Assembly: GCA_963765765.1 (NCBI GenBank)
Contig: CAVXYC010000015.1
Span: 192,001-256,000, forward strand
Length of the DNA stretch: 64,000 bases
Reading direction: 5' to 3'
DNA from: an uncultured Chloroflexia bacterium
Lineage (GTDB): Bacteria; Chloroflexota; UBA6077; JACCZL01
Part shown: in pieces, positions 1 through 10,203 of the stretch
How positions within the stretch are numbered: position 1 is the first letter of the stretch
How the letters are laid out: every line of letters begins with the position of its first letter
The notes under the pieces: model-generated
Database searches by the model: none
What the model saw: the letters and a program-made list of their open reading frames with translations, nothing else
Told to the model about the DNA's origin: nothing
Position numbers and translations under genes: made by a program

Positions 1-120
1 ACCGACTGCGGTTTTGGCACCAGCGCCGGGCGCGACCGCGTGCACCCAGAGATTATCTGGCCGAAACTCCGTTCGCTGGCTGAGGGCGCGGCCATTGCGT
101 CAGAGCGGTTGTGGAAGTAG
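1..120 (+). CDS. C-terminal end of a cobalamin-independent methionine synthase II (MetE-like) family protein, partial
   Basis: Frame 1 reads TDCGFGTSAGRDRVHPEIIWPKLRSLAEGAAIASERLWK*. This matches the C-terminus of the paralogue at 31212-32363 (TDCGLG...HPNIAWSKYEAMVEGARIASKKLFS). Confidence 0.8.
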   Translation, partial: TDCGFGTSAGRDRVHPEIIWPKLRSLAEGAAIASERLWK

Positions 121-865
121 CGTCGCGTTGACAGCCGAGCGATGAGTGATGAGTAACTAATCGGCCAGCCAGCATACGGCGCTGCCAATTCACTCATTGG
201 GTTCACCGAGCCGCCGGTGTACCTGGGAGCCGGCTTCACGGTGCGCCCTCCGTGATGCACCCGCTCGTCCGTTTTGAGACGTTTCATCACAACTCGTCCT
301 GTTTGGGAAATTCCCCGGGGCAACGCTCCCCCTGAGCTATACTGCCTTCGCCGACGCGTGGCGCGAGCTAAGGTCCTCCGCCGTTCAGTCAATCCGCGTA
401 TGGTGCGTGCGCCTGGGCCGCCTCATCATTATGCGCGGCCGATCGCGGGAGCCCCCCAATCAATTACGCTGGCTCGGTAAGTCACGGCTCAGAACAACGT
501 CACAGCTCGAGCCACGTGCCGACGGCAAACGTGATGTCGTTGAGAGCCGGCCGACCGCTCACACAGAGTCGGCGTTCTATAAACCGCGCAATACGGGAGC
601 CGTACCGACAGCAGTCAAACGTACCTCTCCAATGCCCGGATGACCTTGCCGAGCAGCGAGGAGGGCATCAAGACTGCGCGGCTTAAGTCAAGCCTTCCAG
701 CGCGTCTACCTTCCCTAGAAGCCGTCGACATTCCGAAGCTTCCGGCGGCACAGTCAGGTACGCAACGCGTCCGGCTCCATGATGCCGGCCATGTAATCAA
801 CCCAGAGGCGTGCATTGCACCAAACTCAACCAATTCCGCGGCGTAGGGCTCGGCAATCAGTGGGC

Positions 866-1810
866 ATGCTTTCAACTCTACCTCCGTGGAGATGGTCACT
901 CTCGAAAGCTACATTTCTCAGCATTACTCTGCTCATTGCAGCGCTTATTCCGTCGCCACGCCAGGCTCAGGCGGCGGATCAGCATTTCCGTTACCTGCTC
1001 TTCCTCGATGGTGTCATGAGCAGTGGAGACAGGGCAGTTGAAGCCTTTCAGCCCATCGCCGAATCCCTCCGTGCGCCGGGCCGGCCGGCGGCCTATGACA
1101 GAGCGGCGTATTTCTCTTATAGCGGTAACTGGCGGGAGACGTGCAGTGCTACGACAGCAGTCGCGTGCCCGCCGCAATACGAGCCGCTCGATACCACTCA
1201 GAGGGTGGCAAGCCACTTCGCAACTCTAAGGGCGCAGGTGGCAGCCATACTCGCGGAAGATCCCGCCGCTGAAATCGATGTGATCGGCTTCAGCCTGGGC
1301 GGCGTGGTCATCACGAGCTGGCTTGGCACACCGCAGGATGGCGGAGGGCCGAGTGATGAAATGGCCGCGGCGATCCGTTCGGTCATTGCCATCAATAGCC
1401 CTCTCAGGGGACCTGGTGACCTTACCAACCTGGTGCCATGGAAGCAGGATGTACTCCAAACGGAGCTGATCTTCGGCAGCGCGGCGCCTGACCTCGATGC
1501 CGGATCGCCAATCATGGCCGCGGTTGCGCGCGGAGTGGCGCGTCGACCATCACGGGTCTATGGCATCGAGAACGTCGGCGACGTCATTGTGAACGGCATC
1601 CTGCTCAAAGGCGCACAGGGCCTCCCCGGCCTGAGCGGCTGGTGCGGGCGCGAACTCGGCCTATTTCGTCCGGAGTCACCCCGGGATATCTTCCCGAGCC
1701 TCATCAAGACCCACGGGAGCGCGCTTTCCGACGTCTTCGCGCTGGACCAGATCCGTGCGTTTCTCGAGCGACGGCCGACCACCTGTGGTCTTGCGGATCG
1801 CAGTAGGTAA
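866..1810 (+). CDS. Secreted alpha/beta-fold hydrolase (lipase/esterase-like)
   Basis: Hydrophobic signal peptide ending AQA. Nucleophile elbow GFSLGG, candidate Asp (NVGDVIV) and His (KTHGSAL). Start taken at ATG 866. Confidence 0.65.
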   Translation: MLSTLPPWRWSLSKATFLSITLLIAALIPSPRQAQAADQHFRYLLFLDGVMSSGDRAVEAFQPIAESLRAPGRPAAYDRAAYFSYSGNWRETCSATTAVACPPQYEPLDTTQRVASHFATLRAQVAAILAEDPAAEIDVIGFSLGGVVITSWLGTPQDGGGPSDEMAAAIRSVIAINSPLRGPGDLTNLVPWKQDVLQTELIFGSAAPDLDAGSPIMAAVARGVARRPSRVYGIENVGDVIVNGILLKGAQGLPGLSGWCGRELGLFRPESPRDIFPSLIKTHGSALSDVFALDQIRAFLERRPTTCGLADRSR

Positions 1811-1962
1811 GACTAGCACGCCAGGCGTTCATGCACTGATTCCCTGATTGGACGTCGAAGGGTCGGACTCTTAGTCGGACCTCGATCGGGTCGGCACCAC
1901 GGCCGGTTCGATTCTGTATTGCTCTCCGTAAATCCACGGCCACTTCTGTCAGCACTTATCGA

Positions 1963-2072
1963 CGAGTTAACAGTTGACAGCAGGCGCCCCAGAGATGAAA
2001 GTTCCCATGGTGGTTGGCGGATCGTCTGACGAGTCCAAAGCTGTCGACTGTCCACCGTTGACCGTCAACTCG
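1963..2072. repeat. Inverted array of degenerate heptamers
   Basis: cgagttaacagttgacagc (1963-1981) faces ctgtcga-ctgtcca-ccgttga-ccgtcaa-ctcg (2041-2072). Confidence 0.55.
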
Positions 2073-2087
2073 GGAGGATGCTTGACC

Positions 2088-3236
2088 ATGGCAACGATGT
2101 ACCGCGCGGATCACGTGGGGAGCTTCCTGCGTCCCCAGGAAGTGCTTGATGCACATGAGCAGTTTGGCGCAGGAAAGATCTCGGAAGAGCAGATGCGCGA
2201 GATCGAAGACGCGGCTATCTTGAAGGTTCTGGATCTACAGAAGCAGTCCGGAATCGAGATCTTTACTGACGGTGAGTATCGCCGATCGGGTTGGGCCGGT
2301 GAATTCCCTGCATCGGTCGACGGCTATGTCAACGCCGAAGTCCCCATCCGACTTGATTGGAAGCTGCCGGACGGAAGCGATCGGTTGACGGATCCGGCGG
2401 TCGTTGCCGCGATTCAGCAAGCCGTGCCACAGGCGTCCGGAAGAGTTGTTGGAGAAAAGCTGAAACCAAGGCGAAGCATGACCGCCACCGAGGTTGCTTT
2501 TATGAAGCAACACTCTCCGGGTGCATTCAAAGTCACCATGCCGGCGCCGTCGTACAACGTTGCGCGTGGCTGGAAGCCCGGCGTATCTGACAAGGCCTAT
2601 GCGTCCCGCCGAGAGCTGCTGGACGACGTCGCGCGGATCATCAAATCAGAGGTCGACTCCCTTGTTCAACAGGGCGTCACATACATTCAACTCGACAACC
2701 CCCATTATCCGGACTACATTCCCGAGGATCGGCGTGCTCAGTGGCGATCCATTGGAGTGGACCCGGACCAGGGACTGATTGAGGATCTCGTGGGTGATAA
2801 TGCGGTGCTCGAAGGGATCGATCGGAGCACCACCATCGTCGCCTCGCACATCTGCCGAGGGAATGGCCGCAGTGCCTGGCACACCCAAGGCGGGTACGAG
2901 CCGATTGCCGAGCAGGTCTTCGGCACGCTCAATGTGGATCGTTGGCTGCTCGAGTATGACTCTGACAGGGCTGGCGGATTTGAGCCATTGCGATTCGTGC
3001 CCAAGGGCAAGGTCGTGGTCCTGGGTTTGATCACTACCAAGCTTGGCGAGCTCGAGAATCAAGACGACATCATCCGACGCATCGAGGAAGCGAGCAAGTA
3101 CGTGCCAATCGAGAACCTGACGCTGAGCCCACAATGCGGTTTTGCCTCGGTGGACAAGGGCAATTTCCTGAGCTGGGACGAGCAGCGGCGGAAGCTGGAC
3201 CTGGTAGTGGATACTGCGCGGAAGGTCTGGGGATAG
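2088..3236 (+). CDS. Cobalamin-independent methionine synthase II family protein (single-barrel MetE-like)
   Basis: ADHVGSFLRP, TDGEYRR and Zn ligands HICRGN / LEYD / SPQCGFAS. RBS ggagg precedes ATG 2088. Confidence 0.9.
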   Translation: MATMYRADHVGSFLRPQEVLDAHEQFGAGKISEEQMREIEDAAILKVLDLQKQSGIEIFTDGEYRRSGWAGEFPASVDGYVNAEVPIRLDWKLPDGSDRLTDPAVVAAIQQAVPQASGRVVGEKLKPRRSMTATEVAFMKQHSPGAFKVTMPAPSYNVARGWKPGVSDKAYASRRELLDDVARIIKSEVDSLVQQGVTYIQLDNPHYPDYIPEDRRAQWRSIGVDPDQGLIEDLVGDNAVLEGIDRSTTIVASHICRGNGRSAWHTQGGYEPIAEQVFGTLNVDRWLLEYDSDRAGGFEPLRFVPKGKVVVLGLITTKLGELENQDDIIRRIEEASKYVPIENLTLSPQCGFASVDKGNFLSWDEQRRKLDLVVDTARKVWG

Positions 3237-3264
3237 TAGCCAAGTCCTATTAGGAAATCACTTG

Positions 3265-3384
3265 ACCCTCACCCCAACCCTCTCCCAAAGGGAGAGGGAG
3301 TCACGTCGGGGGAAATCGAGTGCTCGAGCATCGATTCCCGCTGGCTGGCTCCCTCTCCCTTTGGGAGAGGGTTGGGGTGAGGGT
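3265..3384. repeat. REP/MITE-like palindromic element
   Basis: Perfect 36-bp inverted repeat accctcaccccaaccctctcccaaagggagagggag (3265-3300 / 3349-3384) around a near-palindromic spacer. Confidence 0.85.
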
Positions 3385-3446
3385 GGAGCGACATCCCCAT
3401 GGCTATAGCGTCGTGACCACAACACCGGACCAGCCAGGAGTACAAC

Positions 3447-4340
3447 TTGCCACTCAATTCAATAGGAATCCTCAGTCCCGGAGATATGGGCCATTCCGTT
3501 GGCGCCATGCTCAGGCGTCACGGGCGGCGGGTGTTTACGTGCCTGGAGGGCAGGTCTGAACGAACGCGGATGCTGGCCGCTGAGGCGGGCTTGATAGACG
3601 CTGGCGACATGCAATCGCTGGTTAGGTCGGTCGACGCCTTGATTAGCATCGTTGTTCCATCGTCCGCAGTCGGTGTTGCAGCCGAGGTCGCCGAGGCGAT
3701 GGAAGCCACGAAATCCAAGCTTCTGTACGTGGATTGCAATGCGATTGCTCCGAGCAGCGCGCAGGCTGGGGCAGCCCGCATTGTCGGCGCTGGCGGGCGG
3801 TTCGCTGATGTTGCCATTCTGGGTGGCCCGCCCACCGAGAGCCCTAACACGCGCTTCGTGGTCTCAGGGCCCGGCGCATCTGAGTTTGCTGAGCTGAGTG
3901 ACTCCGGGCTCAACATTCGCGTGATCGACGGTGACGTCGGAGCAGCTTCCGGGCTCAAGATGTGCTTCGCGGCCATGAGCAAGGGATTGCAGGCACTGGG
4001 CATAGAGCTGCTGGTGACGGCCCGCCGGCTTGGAATTGAGAACGAGCTGCGTGAGGAGCAGCTCAATTCGCAGAAGGGTCCGCTGAGTCTGCTTCAACGT
4101 AGCGTTCCCGCAATGCCAACGAAGGCTCATCGCTGGGTAAGCGAGATGGAAGAGATCGCTCAGACATTTGCTGACACGGGCTTTACGCCAGAGATCTACA
4201 CCGGCGTGGCAAACTTATATCGATGGGTCGCCACGACGCCACTGGCTGATGAAACGCCGGAGAATCGAGATAAGTCCCGCGATCTGGATGGCGTCATCGC
4301 GGGGCTCGAGCGGGCGGTACAGCCACCATCCAAGAAGTGA
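3447..4340 (+). CDS. NAD(P)-dependent oxidoreductase, 6PGD/3-hydroxyisobutyrate dehydrogenase-like with DUF1932-type C-terminus
   Basis: N-terminal SPGDMG Rossmann motif, VDCNAIAP, ASGLKMCFAAMSKG, KAHRWVSEMEEIA. Confidence 0.8.
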   Translation: MPLNSIGILSPGDMGHSVGAMLRRHGRRVFTCLEGRSERTRMLAAEAGLIDAGDMQSLVRSVDALISIVVPSSAVGVAAEVAEAMEATKSKLLYVDCNAIAPSSAQAGAARIVGAGGRFADVAILGGPPTESPNTRFVVSGPGASEFAELSDSGLNIRVIDGDVGAASGLKMCFAAMSKGLQALGIELLVTARRLGIENELREEQLNSQKGPLSLLQRSVPAMPTKAHRWVSEMEEIAQTFADTGFTPEIYTGVANLYRWVATTPLADETPENRDKSRDLDGVIAGLERAVQPPSKK

Positions 4341-4375
4341 TTGCCTTCTCCATCAAACCATGACATGCTCAATAT

Positions 4376-5547
4376 ATGAGTGAATATCAGTACTACGAGT
4401 TCGTGGCTATTGACAGGCCGCTCAGCCCCGACCAGCAACGAGAGCTTCGAGGGATCACTTCACGCGCAACCATCACTTCCACGCGTCTCGTCAATGAGTA
4501 CCAATGGGGAGATTTCAAGGGCGATCCTAGTGGAGCTGCTCGAGAAGTACTTCGATGCGCATCTCTACTATGCGAACTGGGGCACGCGCGTGCTGATGTT
4601 CGGATTCCCGATCACTCGTGGACGTTGACGCCCTTTCGGCATACGTGGACGACGAGTTTGTCCGAGTCATTGAGCGAGGCAATCGCGTCATCGTGGAGCT
4701 ATGGGAGTCCGAAGGAGATGGTGGATACGGTGAGTCTGAAGCGCCACAGCTCTCCGACCTGATTTCACTGCGCGGGGACATCCTCGCTGGCGACCTTCGA
4801 TGCCTCTATCTCGCTGCTCTGAAGGGGCTGGGGATCTGGATCGATGAGATCGAGCTGGACGAGGACGTCGAAGAGGAGAGCAATCTCGAGCCGCCCCTGC
4901 CCCCCGGACTTGGCCAGCTCAGCGCTCCCCTCGAAGCGCTGATCGACTTCCTGGAGATTGACGAAGATCTCGTGGAGGTTGCGGCCGAAGGAAGCCCGCC
5001 ATTGCCCTCGAGCGAGCTCACCAATGAGGCACTGGAGCGCTGGATTCGACGTCTGCCTGAGGGTGAGAAGGACTCGTATCTGCTTCGTGTGGCTAGAGGA
5101 GAGATCAACGTTCCGAATGAGCTGCGGCTTCGATTCGTCACAGAGCAGCATGCAGGGTCCACCAGACCTGTACCGCCACCACGCCGACAGGTGGCGACGC
5201 TTATCGGTCGGGCTGAAAGGCTCCGTGCTGAGCGCCGCGCCGCGGAAATTGCGCGACGAGAGGCGGAAGAAGCCCAACAGCGCGAAAAAATCGCCCGTGA
5301 GCGGGCGGCCCATCTGGAGAGGCTGCGTGGAAACGAGCAGCAGCTCTGGGGACAGGCTGAGGCCTTGGCAATGAGGAAAACGCCTGGTGACTACGATCGC
5401 GCCATCCTTCTCCTGAGGGACTTGCGTGACCTGGCAGAGGGTCGTGAAAAGCAGGAAGAGTTCTTATCGCGACTCTACGCCTTCCGTGCTGCTCACGTGA
5501 AGAAGCCATCGCTCATGCAGAGGCTGGATCAGGCCGGACTCCGGTAA
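4376..5547 (+). CDS. Conserved hypothetical protein (MSEYQYYEF-type N-terminus), two frameshifts
   Basis: MSEYQYYEFVAIDRPL...WGDFKGDP continues in another frame as ELLEKYFDAHLYYANWG, then into ORF 4618-5547 (GDLRCLYL, acidic stretch, coiled-coil C-terminus). Confidence 0.7.
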
Positions 5548-5706
5548 CCGGTTCGGGAAGGGCTTTTGAGTGCGGTGTGTGCGAGCACCGCTTTTCAGTC
5601 ATCTCGCACAGAGTCAGAGCATCTTAGAAAGCGGCGCTCCGTGCGCGCGTTCCAAGCATTTCATGCCGAGTATGCGCAATCCATTTCATCCAGTCTCGGC
5701 GTTTCC

Positions 5707-5722
5707 CGGCGCGTTTCTTGCT
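5707..5722 (+). promoter_or_regulatory. Sigma54-like -24/-12 promoter
   Basis: CGGCGCGTTTCTTGCT: GG-N10-GC close to the consensus YGGCACGNNNNTTGCW, about 45 bp before GTG 5766. Confidence 0.5.
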
Positions 5723-5765
5723 TTTTGCCCCACGGCTGCTTCTCTTAGGCAGTGCGGGAGTGGGT

Positions 5766-6605
5766 GTGCGGACGTCTTCAAGCACCGAGCATGGTGTGCT
5801 GAGTGCTTCAGAATGGCTGGATACCCATTTTGAGGCCTGCCGTGAAGAGTACGTCAGCATGCTTCGCTGGGTCGGGTTGCAGCCTGGCTGGAATGTCCTG
5901 GACGCCGGATGCGGAGCCGGGAGCTTCCTTCCTGAAATTGCCAACTTATTGGGCCCAACTGGATCTGTCGAAGCGCTCGACCCAAATTACGCTCACGTCG
6001 CCGGGATACGGAGTCGGCTCACTGGTGCGTTCGAATGCCCCATTTCCGCTTCCGTAGGCGAGCTCTTGAACCTTCCGTACGAGTCCGGCCGGTTTGATGC
6101 TGTCTGGTGCGCAAACGTTCTCCAGTATTTCGAGGAGGACGAGCTGCGCCATGCGCTTTCAGAGCTGACACGCGTGGTTCGGACCGGTGGCCTCGTGGCC
6201 GTCAAAGACGTGGACATGCTGCTCGCACGCATTGGGCCTGGCGACCCATGCCTGATGACACGTTTAGCCGATGCCTGCTCGACGGCGCCTGATGCTCTCA
6301 CACAATCACGAGGATCGTTGCGAGGTCGAGAGCTTCGACATTGGATGGAGCGGGCCGGATTTGCGAACGTTCGTCAGTCCACGACGCTGATCGAGCGATG
6401 GGCGCCACTTCGTCCCGTGGAGATGCGGCTCTGGGATGCCTGGCTGGAACATCTGGCCAACGCGGCTCGTTCTCGCGACCTACCTTCGTCAGATCGCGAA
6501 AGATGGCGGAGTCTTGAGGATCCTGCGAAGCGCGCAGCGTTTGTTAACGATGAGGAATTTTACGCCTGCGAAGGCCAGACGGTCGCGGTTGGCGAGGTGG
6601 CATGA
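5766..6605 (+). CDS. Class I SAM-dependent methyltransferase (UbiE-like)
   Basis: VLDAGCGAG motif I, LPYESGRFDAVW, RVVRTGG. Start GTG 5766 (ggag upstream) preferred over 5718. Confidence 0.85.
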   Translation: MRTSSSTEHGVLSASEWLDTHFEACREEYVSMLRWVGLQPGWNVLDAGCGAGSFLPEIANLLGPTGSVEALDPNYAHVAGIRSRLTGAFECPISASVGELLNLPYESGRFDAVWCANVLQYFEEDELRHALSELTRVVRTGGLVAVKDVDMLLARIGPGDPCLMTRLADACSTAPDALTQSRGSLRGRELRHWMERAGFANVRQSTTLIERWAPLRPVEMRLWDAWLEHLANAARSRDLPSSDRERWRSLEDPAKRAAFVNDEEFYACEGQTVAVGEVA

Positions 6606-7775
6606 GTCTCCTGAGTCCGTCCGCCGCGGCAGCACCCCTCGGTGCCGGGCAGGGATCGCCATCGTCGAAGTCACGCACAGACCATTTACGATCGGCGTGG
6701 CAAGCTCCGCAGAACCATCCATCCGGAACGATCGCGGCGTCGTACATTTTGCCAATCCGTCGGGATCATCCAATGACCAACGCCGAGCTGGAAGAGATGA
6801 CCCACTACCTGGAGTCGCTCGCTGCTCATCTGGAAGTCATAGTTGTGGACGGCTCGCCATCACAGATCTTTGACCAGCACAGCCAAGCGTGGGGCCACAC
6901 CGCGCGATTGCTGCGCCCTGAGATTTACACGCTCAATGGGAAGGTTGGAAACGTGCTTACCGGCGTGCGTCATGCCGAGCACGAGCGTGTGATCATCGCG
7001 GATGACGATGTGCGTTACAGCCTTTCGCAGTTGGAGCGAGTCGTCGGTGAGCTGGATTACTGGGACGTCGTTCGGCCTCAGAACTACTTTTGTCCTCTTC
7101 CTTGGCATGCTCGCTGGGACTCAGCTCGGTCGTTGCTCAATAGAGTGGCCGGGGGCGACTGGCCGGGCACCCTGGCAGTGCAAAAAGTCTTTGCTGGCCT
7201 TGACACGAGGTTACGACGGCAGCGTCCTCTTCGAGAATCTCGAGCTGGTCCGTACGGTCAAAGCGGTGGGTGGACAGGAAGCTATTCCACTTGACCTTTT
7301 TGTGCGACGCCTTCCGCCCGACGCAAAGCACTTCTGGTCTCAGCGCATCCGCCAGGCGTATGACGAGCTCGCGCGGCCGGCACGGCTTATCACGTGGCTC
7401 ACCGTCCTGCCCACGCTGCTCGCGCTTGCGGCCAGACGACAATGGGGAGCAATTGGCCTGGGGCTGCTTGGCATAGTGGGCTTAGCCGAGGCGGGTCGGA
7501 GGCGTGCCGGCGGTGCTCGGGTCTTCCCTCGAACGTGTGCGCTCTTTGCTCCCGCCTGGGTGCTCGAGCGCTCTGTGTGCTCGTGGATCGCCCTTGGCAT
7601 GCGCGTTGTTCGAGGCGGCGTACCCTATCGAGGGGGAACGCTCAGCCGGGCTGCTACTCCAATGTCTGTGTTGGAGCGACGTCACCGAGCCGCTCGGGCG
7701 GCTCTTCGACGCAGCCGTGGAATTCCGGTCGGAAGGGCCAATCAGAGTGGCGAGAGCATTCATGTCAGCCACTAG
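6602..7775 (+). CDS. Glycosyltransferase family 2 with C-terminal membrane segments, frameshift near 7185
   Basis: EVIVVDGS, NGKV and IIADDDVRY (DxD). Continues in ORF 7002-7775 (LFENLELVRTV, QRIRQAYD, TM helices). ATGA overlap with the upstream gene; exact start uncertain. Confidence 0.8.
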
Positions 7776-8547
7776 GCGAGCCAGTGCTCGCTACGCCACG
7801 TGCTATCGACTAGAAGATGGCCGACTGGTTCCAGCGTCGGACGAGGTGATTGCAATCGATCCCCGTGCTGAGCTCGTTCACGATCAGCTTCGGTCACTGG
7901 TGTCGAGTCAACGATTCTCGTGCCTTGGTGCCAAGGCGGCGTTCAGCGCGGGTCAGTACTGGATCGGTGTATACGACGAGATGGCAAGTCCGTCATCTAC
8001 CCCTTCTCTCGCCCGCGACCTCCAGGCCTTCTCCGCGGAGGAGACCCAGAGGATGCCTGATGACGGGACGTTTCGCACGTTTATCGCCACGTTCATGGGG
8101 CCGGTTTGCCCAGATGAACCTGCGTTCGAGAAGCTTGTTTGGAGCCAGCTTCAAGCCTTGCATGACCAGGATCAGCGCGTCCATGATTGGGACCCCGCAG
8201 CAAGCGCTGACCCCAGTGATCCTCACTTTGCATTCAGTGTCGGGGGGCGGGCGTACTTTGTGGTGGGACTCCATGCGGCGGCCTCACGTTGGGCGCGTCG
8301 ATTCGCCTGGCCTACGCTGGTGTTCAACCCGCATCGTCAGTTCGAGCGACTGCGCGAGCAGGGGTTGTTCACTCGGTTTCGTGACCAGATTCGTACCCGT
8401 GATCGGGCACTTCAGCAGGTGCTGAACCCAATGTTGAGCAACTTTGGTGAAGAATCGGAAGCGCGGCAGTACGCCGGGCGGAGGGTGGAAGATGATTGGC
8501 GATGCCCGTTCCAAGCCGTGGAGCGAGACGACCCTGAAGTTGATTGA
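7762..8547 (+). CDS. YqcI/YcgG-family (DcsA/GntA-like) heme-dependent guanidino N-hydroxylase
   Basis: FSCLGAKAA, FSVGGRAYFVVGLH...SRWARRF...LVFNPHRQFERLR, SEARQYAGR and C-terminal WRCPF. Confidence 0.8.
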   Translation: MSATRRASARYATCYRLEDGRLVPASDEVIAIDPRAELVHDQLRSLVSSQRFSCLGAKAAFSAGQYWIGVYDEMASPSSTPSLARDLQAFSAEETQRMPDDGTFRTFIATFMGPVCPDEPAFEKLVWSQLQALHDQDQRVHDWDPAASADPSDPHFAFSVGGRAYFVVGLHAAASRWARRFAWPTLVFNPHRQFERLREQGLFTRFRDQIRTRDRALQQVLNPMLSNFGEESEARQYAGRRVEDDWRCPFQAVERDDPEVD

Positions 8548-9133
8548 CCAGTTCCGTCTGGAGCCGCAGACCGGCCGCGGATTCGAGCTTCAACGCGGGC
8601 AGATTCTGCGCGTCATCGATCCTGAAGGTGAACAGGTCGCTGATCTGACATCGTTCGCTGCTGACGGATCAGGCGAATGGCTTTCGTCCGGACGCAGCAT
8701 CGACTATGCCAACACGATCTATCTCACCACGGGGCACACGCTTTATTCGAATATGAGCCGCCCAATGTTCACCATGCTGCAGGACATGGTGGGGCGGCAC
8801 GATTTTCTTTTGACTCCCTGCAGTCAAGAGATGTTCTGCAAGCTCTACGGAATCGAAGGGGCGCATCCAAGCTGCTTTGGCAACCTCGAATCAGCGCTCA
8901 CGCCCTTTGGAATTCAGCCCAATCAGATTCCCACGACGTTGAATATCTTCATGAACGTGGAGATCGACAGGTCCGGCGAGCTGACTATCGGTCCGCCCCT
9001 ATCTAAGCCAGGCGATTATCTCGAGCTCCGTGCCGAGATGGACCTGATCGTCGGGCTCACCGCCTGCTCCGCCGAGAAATCCAACAATCATCGCTTCAAG
9101 CCAATTGATGCGATGATCTTTGGGGCTCCCTGA
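8540..9133 (+). CDS. DUF1989 / urea carboxylase-associated family protein
   Basis: LRVIDPEGEQVADL, GRHDFLLTPCS, HPSCFGNL, LNIFMNV, LRAEMDLIVGLTACS. Start overlaps the upstream stop. Confidence 0.85.
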   Translation: MIDQFRLEPQTGRGFELQRGQILRVIDPEGEQVADLTSFAADGSGEWLSSGRSIDYANTIYLTTGHTLYSNMSRPMFTMLQDMVGRHDFLLTPCSQEMFCKLYGIEGAHPSCFGNLESALTPFGIQPNQIPTTLNIFMNVEIDRSGELTIGPPLSKPGDYLELRAEMDLIVGLTACSAEKSNNHRFKPIDAMIFGAP

Positions 9134-9224
9134 GGCTTGGACGGCGGCTGTCTTCACTGTTTAAAAGATCGGTGAAAATTGGACTGGCGGCAAGTCGCCG
9201 GGGCCATGGTGCCGACGCCCGAGC

Positions 9225-10203
9225 TTACGCGTAGCCGTTGGGATGCTTACTGCGCCACGCCCAGGCGCTACCGATGATCGATTCGAGGTCCGGATAGCGC
9301 GGCTGCCAGCCCAGCTCCTTGCGGATGCGTTCGGATGACGCAATGAGCGTGGCTGGATCGCCGGGGCGGCGTGGGCCGATGGTGTACGGGATGCTGCGAC
9401 CGGTGATCTTCTCCGCCGTCTCGATGACCTGTTTGTTGCTGAAGCCCGAGCCGTTGCCCAGGTTGTAGGCGCGACTTCCGCCGCTGAGGGCTTCCAGTGC
9501 CAGGATGTGCGCCCTCGCCAGATCCACCACATGGATGTAGTCTCGTACGCAGGTTCCGTCCTCCGTCGGATAGTCGCCGCCGAAAAGTGTGAACTTCTCA
9601 GTCTGCCCCTGGGCCACGCGTAGGACCAGGGGAATGATGTGCGTCTCTGGATCATGCGCTTCGCCCACGCGCTCGGTGGCGCCGGCGGCGTTGAAATAGC
9701 GCAGGGCCGCATAGCGAAGCTGGTGGACGCGGTCATACCAGTACAACGACCGTTCCAACATGTGTTTTGACTCACCGTACGGCGAGCCCGGAATGATCGA
9801 TTCAGTCTCATCAATTGGCATCCGCTCGGGCGCATCGAAAAGATTTGCCGTGGACGAGAGAATGAATCGACCAACACCGTGGCGAACAGCCTGGGCCATG
9901 AGCGTTACGCCCGCGTTGACGTTGTCTCGCAGGTACAGCTCGGGACGCTGCATCGATTCGCCAACCAGCGTGTATGAGGCGAAATGCATGACCGCCTCGA
10001 TGCCCGGATGCGTCTGAAAGGCGCGCTCCACCGCTTGCTCATCGCGTAAATCGCCCTCGACGAGCTCGGCATCAGGGTGCACCGCCTCACGATGCCCCTG
10101 ATAGAGGTTGTCAAAGACAACGACGGCGTGTCCTTCCCGGAGAAGCTCATCCGAAACGACGCTTCCGATATAAGCCGGCGCCACCGGAGACCAAGATCTT
10201 CAC
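9225..10203 (-). CDS. galE: UDP-glucose 4-epimerase (frameshift in first codons)
   Basis: [12 protein letters not shown] / YIGS split by one extra T near 10172. [35 protein letters not shown] overlap with the galK stop. Confidence 0.92.

Noticed and set aside
121-860. Short ORFs on both strands
   Set aside because: No recognisable motifs or RBS. Possibly decayed sequence, but unsupported.
1990-2040. Possible hammerhead ribozyme (GAAA and CTGACGA cores)
   Set aside because: Stems I and III and the NUH cleavage triplet could not be formed convincingly.
5550-5765. Guanidine riboswitch upstream of the DUF1989-containing operon
   Set aside because: No ykkC, twin ACGR-loop or guanidine-III pattern seen.
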